From IMG/VR virus record IMGVR_UViG_3300010885_015027, positions 12,733 through 76,732 of that record: a stretch of 64,000 nucleotides of DNA; one strand, written 5' to 3'. A program made the translations under genes and the position numbers. The notes beneath the pieces are model-generated. The model saw nothing but the letters and a program-made list of their open reading frames with translations. It was not told the DNA's origin and did no database searches. Positions 38,010 to 46,528 of the stretch are shown in pieces (the first letter of the stretch is position 1; each line of letters begins with the position of its first letter). The DNA comes from a virus.

Positions 38010-41000
38010 TTATACAGACAAAAGTCTAATATTCGTTATCTTACAACCACTGGCAAGTTTCTTGCCTTTATTGGAGAACACGAAACAGATTTTCTTACCG
38101 TCTTTCTTACTATAAGTTGTCGTCTCAGAAATAATTTTAATCGATTCTTCTAGTTTAGATCCAGGAGTTTTATTGAAAATCGATTCGTTAATTCCATATT
38201 CCTCAATATAAGGAGCAATTCTTTTCATAATATCGGCAGAAACATTAGGAACATCTTTTCCAAAAATTTTCAATAATTCTTGAGTTTCTGGAACATAATT
38301 TGCTAATTTTTTTGGAGAAAAACCATCTATATCTTTTACATTATCTAGACGATCCAAAGCTTTTATATTCTTAACAGAAATTGGAGCAGCCTTCAAATTA
38401 GTAAAATATGTATCGTGATCAACTTTTACTTTATCAGGAGAGTCAGTATGTTCACTAAATGCCTTCGATAATATCTTGACAGTTGTTGCAGTTTCTTTTC
38501 CAAATTCTTTGCTTAATGATTTAAATGTAATAGAAGCTGGTCCGTCTTCCATAACGTCATGCAATATTGCTGCTAAAAGAGTTGGTTCATCTGTGAAACC
38601 ATAATTCATAGCAGTATCAAATACTTCCATTGGATGTATGATGTATTTCGATCCAGTTGATTTTCTGAATTGCCCCTCGTGAGCCATATCAGCTAATTTA
38701 TATGCAGCTTCAATTTTTGGATATAACTTAGGGAATTTCTGTTTTGCTCTTTCTAAAATCGTTTTGATGGTAGAATCAACATCAGTTTTTTCACGAATAC
38801 TGTCAGAAATAATTTTAATCGATTCTTGAATCGGATCTTCTGAATAATTGTAATAATCGAATATTGCTTCTGCATTATGAGTAGAAACTGAGACCTTATC
38901 TTGAATCCAAGCAGGTAGTTCAGTCTTATTCTGGATAATATCCAAAGTCTTCATAGATAAATCTGCAATCTTTTTTAATTGTCCAGTGATCATCTCGATT
39001 TCGTAATCATCTTCTTCGTTCAAAAGCTTTCTCCTTGTAGCACTAAGTTTTAATATGAAAGCACCTGGATCTGTTACTTCTATGCTTTCGTTGTTTCCAG
39101 ATTTTCCACGCCATTCAAAAGAATATTCTACCGCAGAAAGATGTTTGTTGACTATGCTTCCAATCGCTTTTTGTAAATTAATATCATTTACGTTCCACTT
39201 GATAGTATTAAATCTTAATTCGTTGAATTGTTTATCTAGTAACCAACGGACCCAACCTTTCTTAGTAGCATCAGTTTCTGTCGGTTTTCTACCCAATGAT
39301 GTATTAGGATTCATTTCTGCTATTCTTCTGAGTATAGAAGTATGAGTATTATCTAGTTCGTTTGGTCTTATGGATTCCCCTTGTGGTGTAATCCAACCCC
39401 CGTCTGTGTATCCGAACATATGCGCTTCTGCCAGATATTTTCTGGCTTTCTTTGCAAGATCAGCATCTGTGCTATACCATGTCTTTCCTTTTGTTAAGAA
39501 AGAATTTACTCTTGCAAAAGCCCAAGCTGATTGCGGTGCACCTGGTCTGTGGCCAGTTACCCATGCAGCCATTCCACGATTATAGACTTGTTTTAAGATA
39601 GAATAAGGAACACCGGAGGCTTTTGACTTCTTCTGCAAAGCAGTTATAGATCTTTTCTTTTCTTCATCTAACATAAGATTTCTGAACAGTTTTTTAATTG
39701 CAGAAGGCTCTTTAAGAGAATTTCTGAGACGTCTAAGAGAGTTGTCTATTTTTACTGTTTCTCTTCTATTTTGTTTGTTATCTTTTGTTTTACTTCTCAA
39801 ATCCCAAGTTATTTCTTCCGGAAGGCGTATATTCTCGCCAAAAACATCTTTTTTAGTTCCACGAACTATACTGTTAATAATATTTTCCACGCCCATCACA
39901 ATACGATCTTCACTATTCGGAAGATACCCATATATATCTAATTTTTTGGGGGTTTTAGATTCTATAAAAAATTTTAACCATCCAGCATTTAATGCTTGAT
40001 ATTCGTACAATTTTCCGGGGAGAATATTCGCATGCGAATATTCATCTTCTTTACTATCTTTTTGTTTTTTTGTCGGGAAAACTAAGTTTCCTTCTAGATC
40101 TATCCAACCCCAATATTCATAATATTTTCCCATCTCAAAAGATTCTTTTGTTACAAATTTTGCCCTGTATTTCTTGTTATATTTAGATGGTCTAGTCGCT
40201 TTCGAATCACCAGGAACTTTATCTGCCTTTTTATATTCATCTTTTGTGAAAGGATAAGTTCCTAAGCCCTTCCAGAAAGAAGATCTTTTCTTAGAAGTTG
40301 ATTTAGATAATTTTGCGAAATATTTCTTAGGTTCGGCATCTTCGTCCATATAGTTCTGAAGATAGCTCTTCACTAAATCAAAATACTTAATCTTCTTACC
40401 ACCAACAGTTATCAATAAATCAGCAGGAATTCCTGCTGCATCTGAGAAGCTATCTTTATCGTCAGCTTTAACAGCAGATCGCAAATCTGATGCAGAAGAT
40501 AATCTTTCTGTAGGTCTCAGAATAATATTTGAGAAGATATATCTCTTTCCATCTTTTAATTCTTTATCATTATAATCTTTCAATAGTTGCAATACATATT
40601 GTTCATCAGTATAACAGATAAGTGTTATATCATCTTTCTTGTATTTTTCGTAAACATATGTTGCTAGAGTTAACCAAGTTTGTTCGAAAACAAAATGATC
40701 CTTGATGTTTGGATATAGAGTATTAATGACGATTTCTTTAACATCAGAAGGGAGCGGATCTTTTTTACCTATCGTACTTTTATTTGTTCCAACATACCAA
40801 GCATCTAGATCGGAATCAGCAGCCATCTGTTTCCAAGCTGCAATATGACCCTTATGTGGAGGATTGAATCTACCAAACATTACACCAACAGCGAAAGATC
40901 CTTCTAGATCTTCTGTTATGGATTCTGTTTTTGCAAAATTACCTTGCAAACCTGATATAATGAATTTTCCAGTTATTTTTAGGATCTCGCCATTCTCTCT

Positions 41001-41975
41001 TTTAATCATCAATCCTTCTTGATCGGATCCCTTTCCTAATTTGGATCCAACGGAATTCATGATGTATGTCCCAAGAGTAATTGTTGCGTAATACAGAATG
41101 TAATCCCTAATTTGATCTGGTGTTAAACCTGTCTTATCACCAGCATCTATCTCTTGATAGACTTTCTTAGTGAAGATAACTGCCCTATCATTTTTCTTTG
41201 GGATTTGATCTATGTCTAAAATCCAATTTTTAAGAGATTTGGATACACCATTCAGAGTCAAATTTGTATCTAATGTTGGAGTAAAATTAAGATTTGCAGT
41301 CTTCTTAACTTCTGGATTACCTAACACAACAAAGTCGTCTTCGTTGTTCTTTTTCTTTAATAGAACTGTTAAGGCTTTTGCATATGCATTAATAACATCT
41401 ACATTGTAAGGATAATCTGATATTTCTCTTTTCTTATTACCAGTTTTTTTAACAATTTCGTCTGAATATTTAATGATTCTTAGACCATGTATGGCAATAA
41501 AATTCTTGATGTTATATGTTATCTGGTTGGATTTGCCATTTTCAACAAATTCTACATTTAAGATAAGATTGGGATTCTTCGTCAAACCTAATTTATCTAA
41601 ACTCTTCATAGTGGAATCTATTGTCGGATTCAATAAATTGAGAAGAATTGACGCACTCCTTTGTAGTTCAGGCCTCAGTCGACTTGCGTCTAAGTTATCG
41701 ACAGTGATTCCTGTAAAATCTTCATCTGCTTGGGTTCCACGATCCAAAGCAAATTCATATTTTCCAGCGGCATTCTTTACTAATCTCACGGATAGATTTA
41801 TTCCATCCAACTTCACCCAAGCAGATCCAGGTTTACCAGCAGAACCCTTTTCAATATATTTTTTGACTTCGTCGAATAAATTTAGAAATTCTCGGCCATT
41901 ATTGGCGACATCAAATGGGTGGAGAACATGGCCTCCTGCACCACCTTCTGTTAAAAAAGATTTAAAAGATATCAT
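38010..41975 (-). CDS. 1321-aa multidomain head polyprotein: conserved N-domain, HIGH nucleotidyltransferase, two WG(W)I domains, RelA/SpoT/Mesh1-type HD domain
   Basis: MISFKSFLTE leader; FGRFNPPHKGH; AHEGQFRK..G..YIIHP, AAILHDVMED, KALDRLDN. Confidence 0.8.
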   Translation of the reverse strand: MISFKSFLTEGGAGGHVLHPFDVANNGREFLNLFDEVKKYIEKGSAGKPGSAWVKLDGINLSVRLVKNAAGKYEFALDRGTQADEDFTGITVDNLDASRLRPELQRSASILLNLLNPTIDSTMKSLDKLGLTKNPNLILNVEFVENGKSNQITYNIKNFIAIHGLRIIKYSDEIVKKTGNKKREISDYPYNVDVINAYAKALTVLLKKKNNEDDFVVLGNPEVKKTANLNFTPTLDTNLTLNGVSKSLKNWILDIDQIPKKNDRAVIFTKKVYQEIDAGDKTGLTPDQIRDYILYYATITLGTYIMNSVGSKLGKGSDQEGLMIKRENGEILKITGKFIISGLQGNFAKTESITEDLEGSFAVGVMFGRFNPPHKGHIAAWKQMAADSDLDAWYVGTNKSTIGKKDPLPSDVKEIVINTLYPNIKDHFVFEQTWLTLATYVYEKYKKDDITLICYTDEQYVLQLLKDYNDKELKDGKRYIFSNIILRPTERLSSASDLRSAVKADDKDSFSDAAGIPADLLITVGGKKIKYFDLVKSYLQNYMDEDAEPKKYFAKLSKSTSKKRSSFWKGLGTYPFTKDEYKKADKVPGDSKATRPSKYNKKYRAKFVTKESFEMGKYYEYWGWIDLEGNLVFPTKKQKDSKEDEYSHANILPGKLYEYQALNAGWLKFFIESKTPKKLDIYGYLPNSEDRIVMGVENIINSIVRGTKKDVFGENIRLPEEITWDLRSKTKDNKQNRRETVKIDNSLRRLRNSLKEPSAIKKLFRNLMLDEEKKRSITALQKKSKASGVPYSILKQVYNRGMAAWVTGHRPGAPQSAWAFARVNSFLTKGKTWYSTDADLAKKARKYLAEAHMFGYTDGGWITPQGESIRPNELDNTHTSILRRIAEMNPNTSLGRKPTETDATKKGWVRWLLDKQFNELRFNTIKWNVNDINLQKAIGSIVNKHLSAVEYSFEWRGKSGNNESIEVTDPGAFILKLSATRRKLLNEEDDYEIEMITGQLKKIADLSMKTLDIIQNKTELPAWIQDKVSVSTHNAEAIFDYYNYSEDPIQESIKIISDSIREKTDVDSTIKTILERAKQKFPKLYPKIEAAYKLADMAHEGQFRKSTGSKYIIHPMEVFDTAMNYGFTDEPTLLAAILHDVMEDGPASITFKSLSKEFGKETATTVKILSKAFSEHTDSPDKVKVDHDTYFTNLKAAPISVKNIKALDRLDNVKDIDGFSPKKLANYVPETQELLKIFGKDVPNVSADIMKRIAPYIEEYGINESIFNKTPGSKLEESIKIISETTTYSKKDGKKICFVFSNKGKKLASGCKITNIRLLSV
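38125..38827. repeat. 25-bp direct repeat (38125-38149, 38803-38827) bracketing the HD domain
   Basis: TCAGAAATAATTTTAATCGATTCTT twice, 678 bp apart (in frame). Confidence 0.9.
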
Positions 41976-41980
41976 TACTT

Positions 41981-42130
41981 TTACTTTTTCACCAATGTAA
42001 TCTTCAAAATATATTCAGATTCATCTTTTTTGGACTTGTCTATTCCTTGCTTGATCAATTTCTTGATCTCGTCCATATAATATTTGTATAGAGTTAAATC
42101 GTTTGATTTGGTTGCTAGATTGATTGTCAT
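41981..42130 (-). CDS. small late protein (49 aa, not in ORF track)
   Basis: GGAG SD and AATAAATA upstream; MTINLATKSN...KITLVKK. Confidence 0.5.
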   Translation of the reverse strand: MTINLATKSNDLTLYKYYMDEIKKLIKQGIDKSKKDESEYILKITLVKK

Positions 42131-42164
42131 GATAATCTCCAAAAGTATTTATTAAAACAGGAAA

Positions 42165-42182
42165 TGGGGACCGAAGTCCCCA
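42165..42182 (-). terminator. terminator with TTCG loop
   Basis: TGGGGAC-TTCG-GTCCCCA-TTT on minus strand. Confidence 0.7.
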
Positions 42183-42222
42183 AATTTAAATTACATGCGT
42201 TAATGTCTATTTCACACGATCG

Positions 42223-42582
42223 TCAATCATTGTGAATATCATTTACAAAGTTATTTCTGATAAAAAGATATTTTACATATTCCTCAAAATCCTGGATTGA
42301 ATCAAAATCTTCTAAAGATAGAGTAATGCGAATACTTCGATTATGATTGTCATAGAAAACCATCTCAAACGAAATTCGTATTTCTCCTACCAAAGTATTA
42401 TATTTCGAAAAATCGTAAATATATGCATTAATGAAGTATTGTGTTATACCTTCAAGAGTTCTTACTCTTTTTTGAAAGAACTTATCACAATTCTTATAAT
42501 CTAGAGAAGAAGAATCGTCAAATTCAAATTCTCGATAATTATTGCTGAGTAATTTAGTAATTGTGTTTTCCATGGTGTTCAT
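42223..42582 (-). CDS. hypothetical protein
   Basis: ORF in leftward operon. Confidence 0.6.
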   Translation of the reverse strand: MNTMENTITKLLSNNYREFEFDDSSSLDYKNCDKFFQKRVRTLEGITQYFINAYIYDFSKYNTLVGEIRISFEMVFYDNHNRSIRITLSLEDFDSIQDFEEYVKYLFIRNNFVNDIHND

Positions 42583-42583
42583 A

Positions 42584-43351
42584 TTAAATTATTGTGAGGA
42601 TTTGGGAGGAATTAAGATCAGGTGTTGATTTACAGTCTACTACATACCATGCATTCGTGTCAAGATGGATCTTTAGATAATGATTCAGAGCGGTATCGAT
42701 GTTAATGTTACGAGCGTGCATTTCAGTACCCATCCACAGCGGGACAGTATGTTGTGTATGTCCGACAACCTGAAAAAGTCCTTCGATCAATTCTAGATTG
42801 GTCCAATCTATCCAAAGAAATCCACCGTGTTTCTGACGGCCACCACGATCCTGACCAGCATGAAGCAGCGGATGGTTCGAGTCGATGTCGACGTCTAGTG
42901 AATCAAAAAAATCTACTAGCGAATCGTGCTTGGTCGCATCAGTAAATACGGTAAAATGACTAGGATGAATACCAGCATGAGAAAAGAGAACAGACTTTCC
43001 AGCAATCTTTTGTAATTCATAGAGTTTAATTTTTTTTCGAAATTCCTTTGAAAGATTCTTTTTGATATATTCGTGATTGTTACTAGAGTATCCAGAACAA
43101 AGATTATCTTTGTTTGTTGACAGATAATGGATATCATGATTGCCCATCAAGAAGGTATAGCGAGGATTATCTGCATTCTCATTCAAGAAGGCGACGGTAT
43201 ATTTAAATTGATCTTGATGATAAAATGAATCAAAATAATCACCAAGAAAAATCACTTCTTCGGCAGTTTTGATATCTTCCCGGTCTAGAAGAATATCTAA
43301 CTTAAAAATCTGTTGGTGGATATCTGGTATAACAATCTTATGAGTGGACAT
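42584..43351 (-). CDS. calcineurin-like metallophosphoesterase
   Basis: PDIH, GDYFD, GNHD, SHAG, GHT. Confidence 0.85.
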   Translation of the reverse strand: MSTHKIVIPDIHQQIFKLDILLDREDIKTAEEVIFLGDYFDSFYHQDQFKYTVAFLNENADNPRYTFLMGNHDIHYLSTNKDNLCSGYSSNNHEYIKKNLSKEFRKKIKLYELQKIAGKSVLFSHAGIHPSHFTVFTDATKHDSLVDFFDSLDVDIDSNHPLLHAGQDRGGRQKHGGFLWIDWTNLELIEGLFQVVGHTQHTVPLWMGTEMHARNINIDTALNHYLKIHLDTNAWYVVDCKSTPDLNSSQILTII

Positions 43352-43357
43352 AATAAT

Positions 43358-43564
43358 TTATTCATGAAATTCATCTATTTCCAATTGTTCTATTTCTAAT
43401 AGTGTGAACAATTTAAAACTTTTACATTCTCTGCATCTTCCAACATATTGTTCTGCGAATTCTCTAGTAGAGAATGCCCCCAGATTGTAAGTGATCATTG
43501 TGTCATTATAATCATCCCAATCGATTTCTTGTCTGGTTTCTTTTACTAAGAAGATAGTAGTCAT
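43358..43564 (-). CDS. hypothetical protein
   Basis: GAFSTRE.AE motif typical of small phage ORFs. Confidence 0.55.
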   Translation of the reverse strand: MTTIFLVKETRQEIDWDDYNDTMITYNLGAFSTREFAEQYVGRCRECKSFKLFTLLEIEQLEIDEFHE

Positions 43565-43583
43565 AATTTTAAATTAATTTATA

Positions 43584-43719
43584 TAGAGGGAAACTACAAA
43601 GTGAACCATCCAATATTTCAGAATGGCAGCAGCTCATCTTGACTTGCTCTCGGTTCTGCTTTTCACCCTATTCTCTCTTTGTTTGGTTTCTGCCAGGCTG
43701 TTAATCCGTTTCCCTCTAC
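43584..43719 (-). ncRNA. candidate structured ncRNA (~135 nt)
   Basis: TTGACA-N17-TATAAT (43754-43726) fires at an 11-bp terminal stem TAGAGGGAAAC/GTTTCCCTCTA; internal stems; no ORF. Confidence 0.55.
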
Positions 43720-43737
43720 TATTTAATTATATACTAT

Positions 43738-44151
43738 TTACTTCCTGGTGTCAAGATCTATTTTAGGAGAAGTCTTCATAAAAATATCATGACAGATATC
43801 ACAATTAGTTTTGATCCATGATCGACCGTCTTTCAACGTCCGAAGCTTGGCCCCATCAGCCCCACAAACTTCGCAGACCGTCTCAGAAAGTTTTTCGTAT
43901 CTGAAAACGATTTCATAGAGTTCATCATAACCAGTATATTCTTCATCTAACCACCTTAGATAGACTCGGAGTGTACCGAACTTTTCTTTGACTTGTGCAA
44001 TCCCACCATCCCAACCAGCCTCAGATAATTCTTGAAATAATTTACGAAGGATTCCATCCCAACCTCTATCACATTGGGCATATCTAAGATTTAAAAAATC
44101 CTCCACTGAACATGTATTTTTACCGCCACGTCGTTCGATTGACAACATCAT
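43738..44151 (-). CDS. conserved phage protein (QVKEKFGTLR family, C-terminal Zn ribbon)
   Basis: GW, QVKEKFGTLRVY, CEVCG...CDIC. Confidence 0.75.
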   Translation of the reverse strand: MMLSIERRGGKNTCSVEDFLNLRYAQCDRGWDGILRKLFQELSEAGWDGGIAQVKEKFGTLRVYLRWLDEEYTGYDELYEIVFRYEKLSETVCEVCGADGAKLRTLKDGRSWIKTNCDICHDIFMKTSPKIDLDTRK

Positions 44152-44423
44152 CGAAGACCTCCACCAGATTCACGTTCATTTTCGCAAACTTTATAACGAG
44201 TCAACAGCGAGTATTTAATCAAAAAACAGATCCTTGAATTATCGGTATCTTTACCGAATTCGCCTAGATAAGTGAATCCTTCATAATTACCAGTGTCATG
44301 AAGAATATTGCCCGCAATGCTGATATAGGCATTTCGTTCACAAACCGAGTGATCCGGGGAATTCTTCAAAAACCAATTCGTCTTTTCCAGAAGATCCGCC
44401 ACTTCAAAAGTCTTTCGTGTCAT
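44148..44423 (-). CDS. hypothetical early protein (leaderless)
   Basis: TTGACA-N17-TATAAT-N6-ATG; LHDTGNYEGF. Confidence 0.7.
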   Translation of the reverse strand: MTRKTFEVADLLEKTNWFLKNSPDHSVCERNAYISIAGNILHDTGNYEGFTYLGEFGKDTDNSRICFLIKYSLLTRYKVCENERESGGGLR

Positions 44424-44458
44424 ATAATTATTATATATCTTCCTATTCTAAATGTCAA

Positions 44459-44674
44459 CTACGAAGTGAAAGAAAATCTAACATTCATTGTCCGTCGATT
44501 CATCGCGATCAAATATATTTCATTATACATAGCAACGAAAGAAATATTCAGAGGCTGGTCGACGCAAGGATGCAATGCTCGATAATGTTCAAGAACTTGA
44601 ATACCATTCATCTTTCCTTTTGGATTCAGGTCAAAGAATTCTTGGAGGTTGCTGATTCGTTGTTTAATACTCAT
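44459..44674 (-). CDS. hypothetical early protein
   Basis: promoter TTGACA-N17-TACAAT at 44735-44707. Confidence 0.55.
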   Translation of the reverse strand: MSIKQRISNLQEFFDLNPKGKMNGIQVLEHYRALHPCVDQPLNISFVAMYNEIYLIAMNRRTMNVRFSFTS

Positions 44675-44749
44675 ATAGACTATCCCTTTAAAACTGGTAC
44701 ATACCTATTGTAGCGTGAGAAGTCAAGGATGTCAAGTCTTTTTAAAAGA

Positions 44750-45009
44750 ATATCTCCTTTGTTTTCAACGACTTGGTGCAAGTGATTGATTCAGAACGAG
44801 ATATTCTTTTTGAGATCGCTACAGAGATCTCGAGAGACCAGGTATACCTATGGACCACCTGAATCCAGAGATCGCTTGTGTGCGTCCCTGGGACGATCCA
44901 TGCAGGCAATAACACAGGTGGGTATAGATGGAACCTCCATGGATTTCGAAAAGAATATCTCCTTTGTTTTCAACGGCTCCTTGCAAGTGATTGAAAACAA
45001 AGGAAATTT
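44750..45009. repeat. paired 55-bp palindromes (44750-44804, 44955-45009) flanking a ~150-bp spacer, between divergent promoters
   Basis: same arm sequences; diverged GATC-rich spacer. Confidence 0.88.
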
Positions 45010-45059
45010 AAATTTAGAATTTCCTTGCTAAACTCCCCGCTCTATTATATAATGGATGT

Positions 45060-45293
45060 ATGGTTATCAAAGGAACAGTTCCTGAATGCGACATTACTGG
45101 GAAGAAGTATAATCCTCCCGTTTTTGGTGGTCACTGCGTTGTCGCTGGTGCGACTGGTCGTCACTGTGTTGTGATGCTTATTGGTCCGGAAGTGATTGAA
45201 CGGGCGAACTTTAAAGTTCTCGACTTCGAAGAGACGATGGATTATCGGGAAGAGATTGCTGACAAGTTTGGTTGGGGAAACGTCGATTTCTAG
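45060..45293 (+). CDS. hypothetical early protein (leaderless)
   Basis: TTGCTA-N17-TATAAT-N6-ATG. Confidence 0.7.
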   Translation: MVIKGTVPECDITGKKYNPPVFGGHCVVAGATGRHCVVMLIGPEVIERANFKVLDFEETMDYREEIADKFGWGNVDF

Positions 45294-45300
45294 GAAAAGA

Positions 45301-45399
45301 ATATCTCCTTTGTTTTCAGTAGTTTAGTGCAAGTGATTGATTCAGAAGGAGATATTCTTTCGAGGCCTCCTTGCTATTCCTGGATGGATAAGGTATAAT
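45301..45399 (+). promoter_or_regulatory. 55-bp palindrome (45301-45355) plus early promoter cassette
   Basis: palindrome-TCTTTCGAGGCCTCC-TTGCTA-N17-TATAAT. Confidence 0.85.
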
Positions 45400-45407
45400 G
45401 GTTCTAT

Positions 45408-45911
45408 ATGACATTCGAAGATTTGAAATCTACTTTTCCTGACGCTACTCTTGAGACGTGGCATGTTCATACTAACGGAGGAGGCTGGGTTCAGAATACT
45501 GCTACGGTCACTGATAGTGCCTACGTTGGTCCTGACGCAGTGGTCTCTGGGAACGCTCAGGTCTCTGGGAACGCTCAGGTCTCTGGAGACGCTAAGGTTT
45601 TTGGGGACGCAGAGGTCTCTGAGAACGCATTGGTCTATGGGAAAGCAATGGTCTTTGAGAACGCATTGGTCTTTGAGAACGCTATGGTCTTTGAGAACGC
45701 TATGGTCTTTGAGAACGCAATGGTCTCTGGGAATGCTCGGGTCTTTGGGGACGCTGATGTCTGTGGGAACGCAGTGGTTTATGGGAACGCAGTGGTTTAT
45801 GGGAGATCTCGGGTCGCTGGGAACGCATTGGTCTCAGGATTCGCTCAGGTCTCTGGGAACGCAGTGGTCTCTGGGAGATCTCGTGTCTGTGGGAACGAAA
45901 TTATTAATTGA
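45408..45911 (+). CDS. left-handed beta-helix (hexapeptide repeat) protein, copy 2
   Basis: paralog of 4072-4515; 18-nt tandem units (VFENAM)n. Confidence 0.85.
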   Translation: MTFEDLKSTFPDATLETWHVHTNGGGWVQNTATVTDSAYVGPDAVVSGNAQVSGNAQVSGDAKVFGDAEVSENALVYGKAMVFENALVFENAMVFENAMVFENAMVSGNARVFGDADVCGNAVVYGNAVVYGRSRVAGNALVSGFAQVSGNAVVSGRSRVCGNEIIN

Positions 45912-45914
45912 TCT

Positions 45915-46013
45915 ATATCTCCTTTGTTTTCAACGGCTCCTTGCAAGTGACTGATTCAGAAGGAGATATTCTTTCGAGGCCTCCTTGCTATTGATGTTCC
46001 ACTAAGGTATAAT
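45915..46013 (+). promoter_or_regulatory. 55-bp palindrome (45915-45969) plus early promoter cassette
   Basis: 45961-46021 identical to 23638-23698. Confidence 0.85.
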
Positions 46014-46019
46014 GGTTCT

Positions 46020-46280
46020 ATGAGTATGAATGACGTATTAATTCCCAAAACTTTCACGATGACTTCTGGTTTGGGCGGCGATCGTGACAATATGTTGAAT
46101 TTTATCTGTTTCAACATCGATGGAGAGTTGGCAATGAGTTGGTATTCGGACGATGATGCGTTGTATATCTTTCTCGATAAAGATGGTACGACTAGAATCG
46201 ATGCTGTTAAAATTAAAAATGTGAAAAGTTCTATTGGGGCGATTCGATATTTCACCAAATATTTCAAAAATATTCTCTAG
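46020..46280 (+). CDS. hypothetical early protein (leaderless)
   Basis: ATG 6 nt after TATAAT. Confidence 0.7.
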   Translation: MSMNDVLIPKTFTMTSGLGGDRDNMLNFICFNIDGELAMSWYSDDDALYIFLDKDGTTRIDAVKIKNVKSSIGAIRYFTKYFKNIL

Positions 46281-46345
46281 TCAGTCAAAGATTGATTTGA
46301 CTTATAAAATATTCACGATACAATCATAATTAGGAGAATGGATTT

Positions 46346-46477
46346 ATGTTGCTATTTAAGACCAAGACGGTAGCTGTAGACGATCTCGCCGAGATTACTT
46401 TTCTTCTGGAGAGCGGATGGGATCTTGACGTCGAGAATTCTGATGAGACTGTAGTTTTGTTCTCACGGGAGATGTAA
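46346..46477 (+). CDS. small hypothetical protein (43 aa, not in ORF track)
   Basis: AGGAG upstream; MLLFKTKTVAVDDLAEITFLLESGW... Confidence 0.45.
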   Translation: MLLFKTKTVAVDDLAEITFLLESGWDLDVENSDETVVLFSREM

Positions 46478-46528
46478 TTCGGCTGAAATGTAGTTGACAA
46501 AATTTCCTGGATAGGCTATAATGACTAT

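Noticed and set aside
4072-45911. Diversity-generating retroelement (TR/VR) among the beta-helix paralogs
   Set aside because: Differences are largely synonymous and not adenine-specific; no reverse transcriptase in the window.
4530-45969. CRISPR array or integron attC interpretation of the 55-bp repeats
   Set aside because: Copies are dispersed or separated by 140-560 bp, ends do not fit RYYYAAC/GTTRRRY, and no cas or integrase gene is present.
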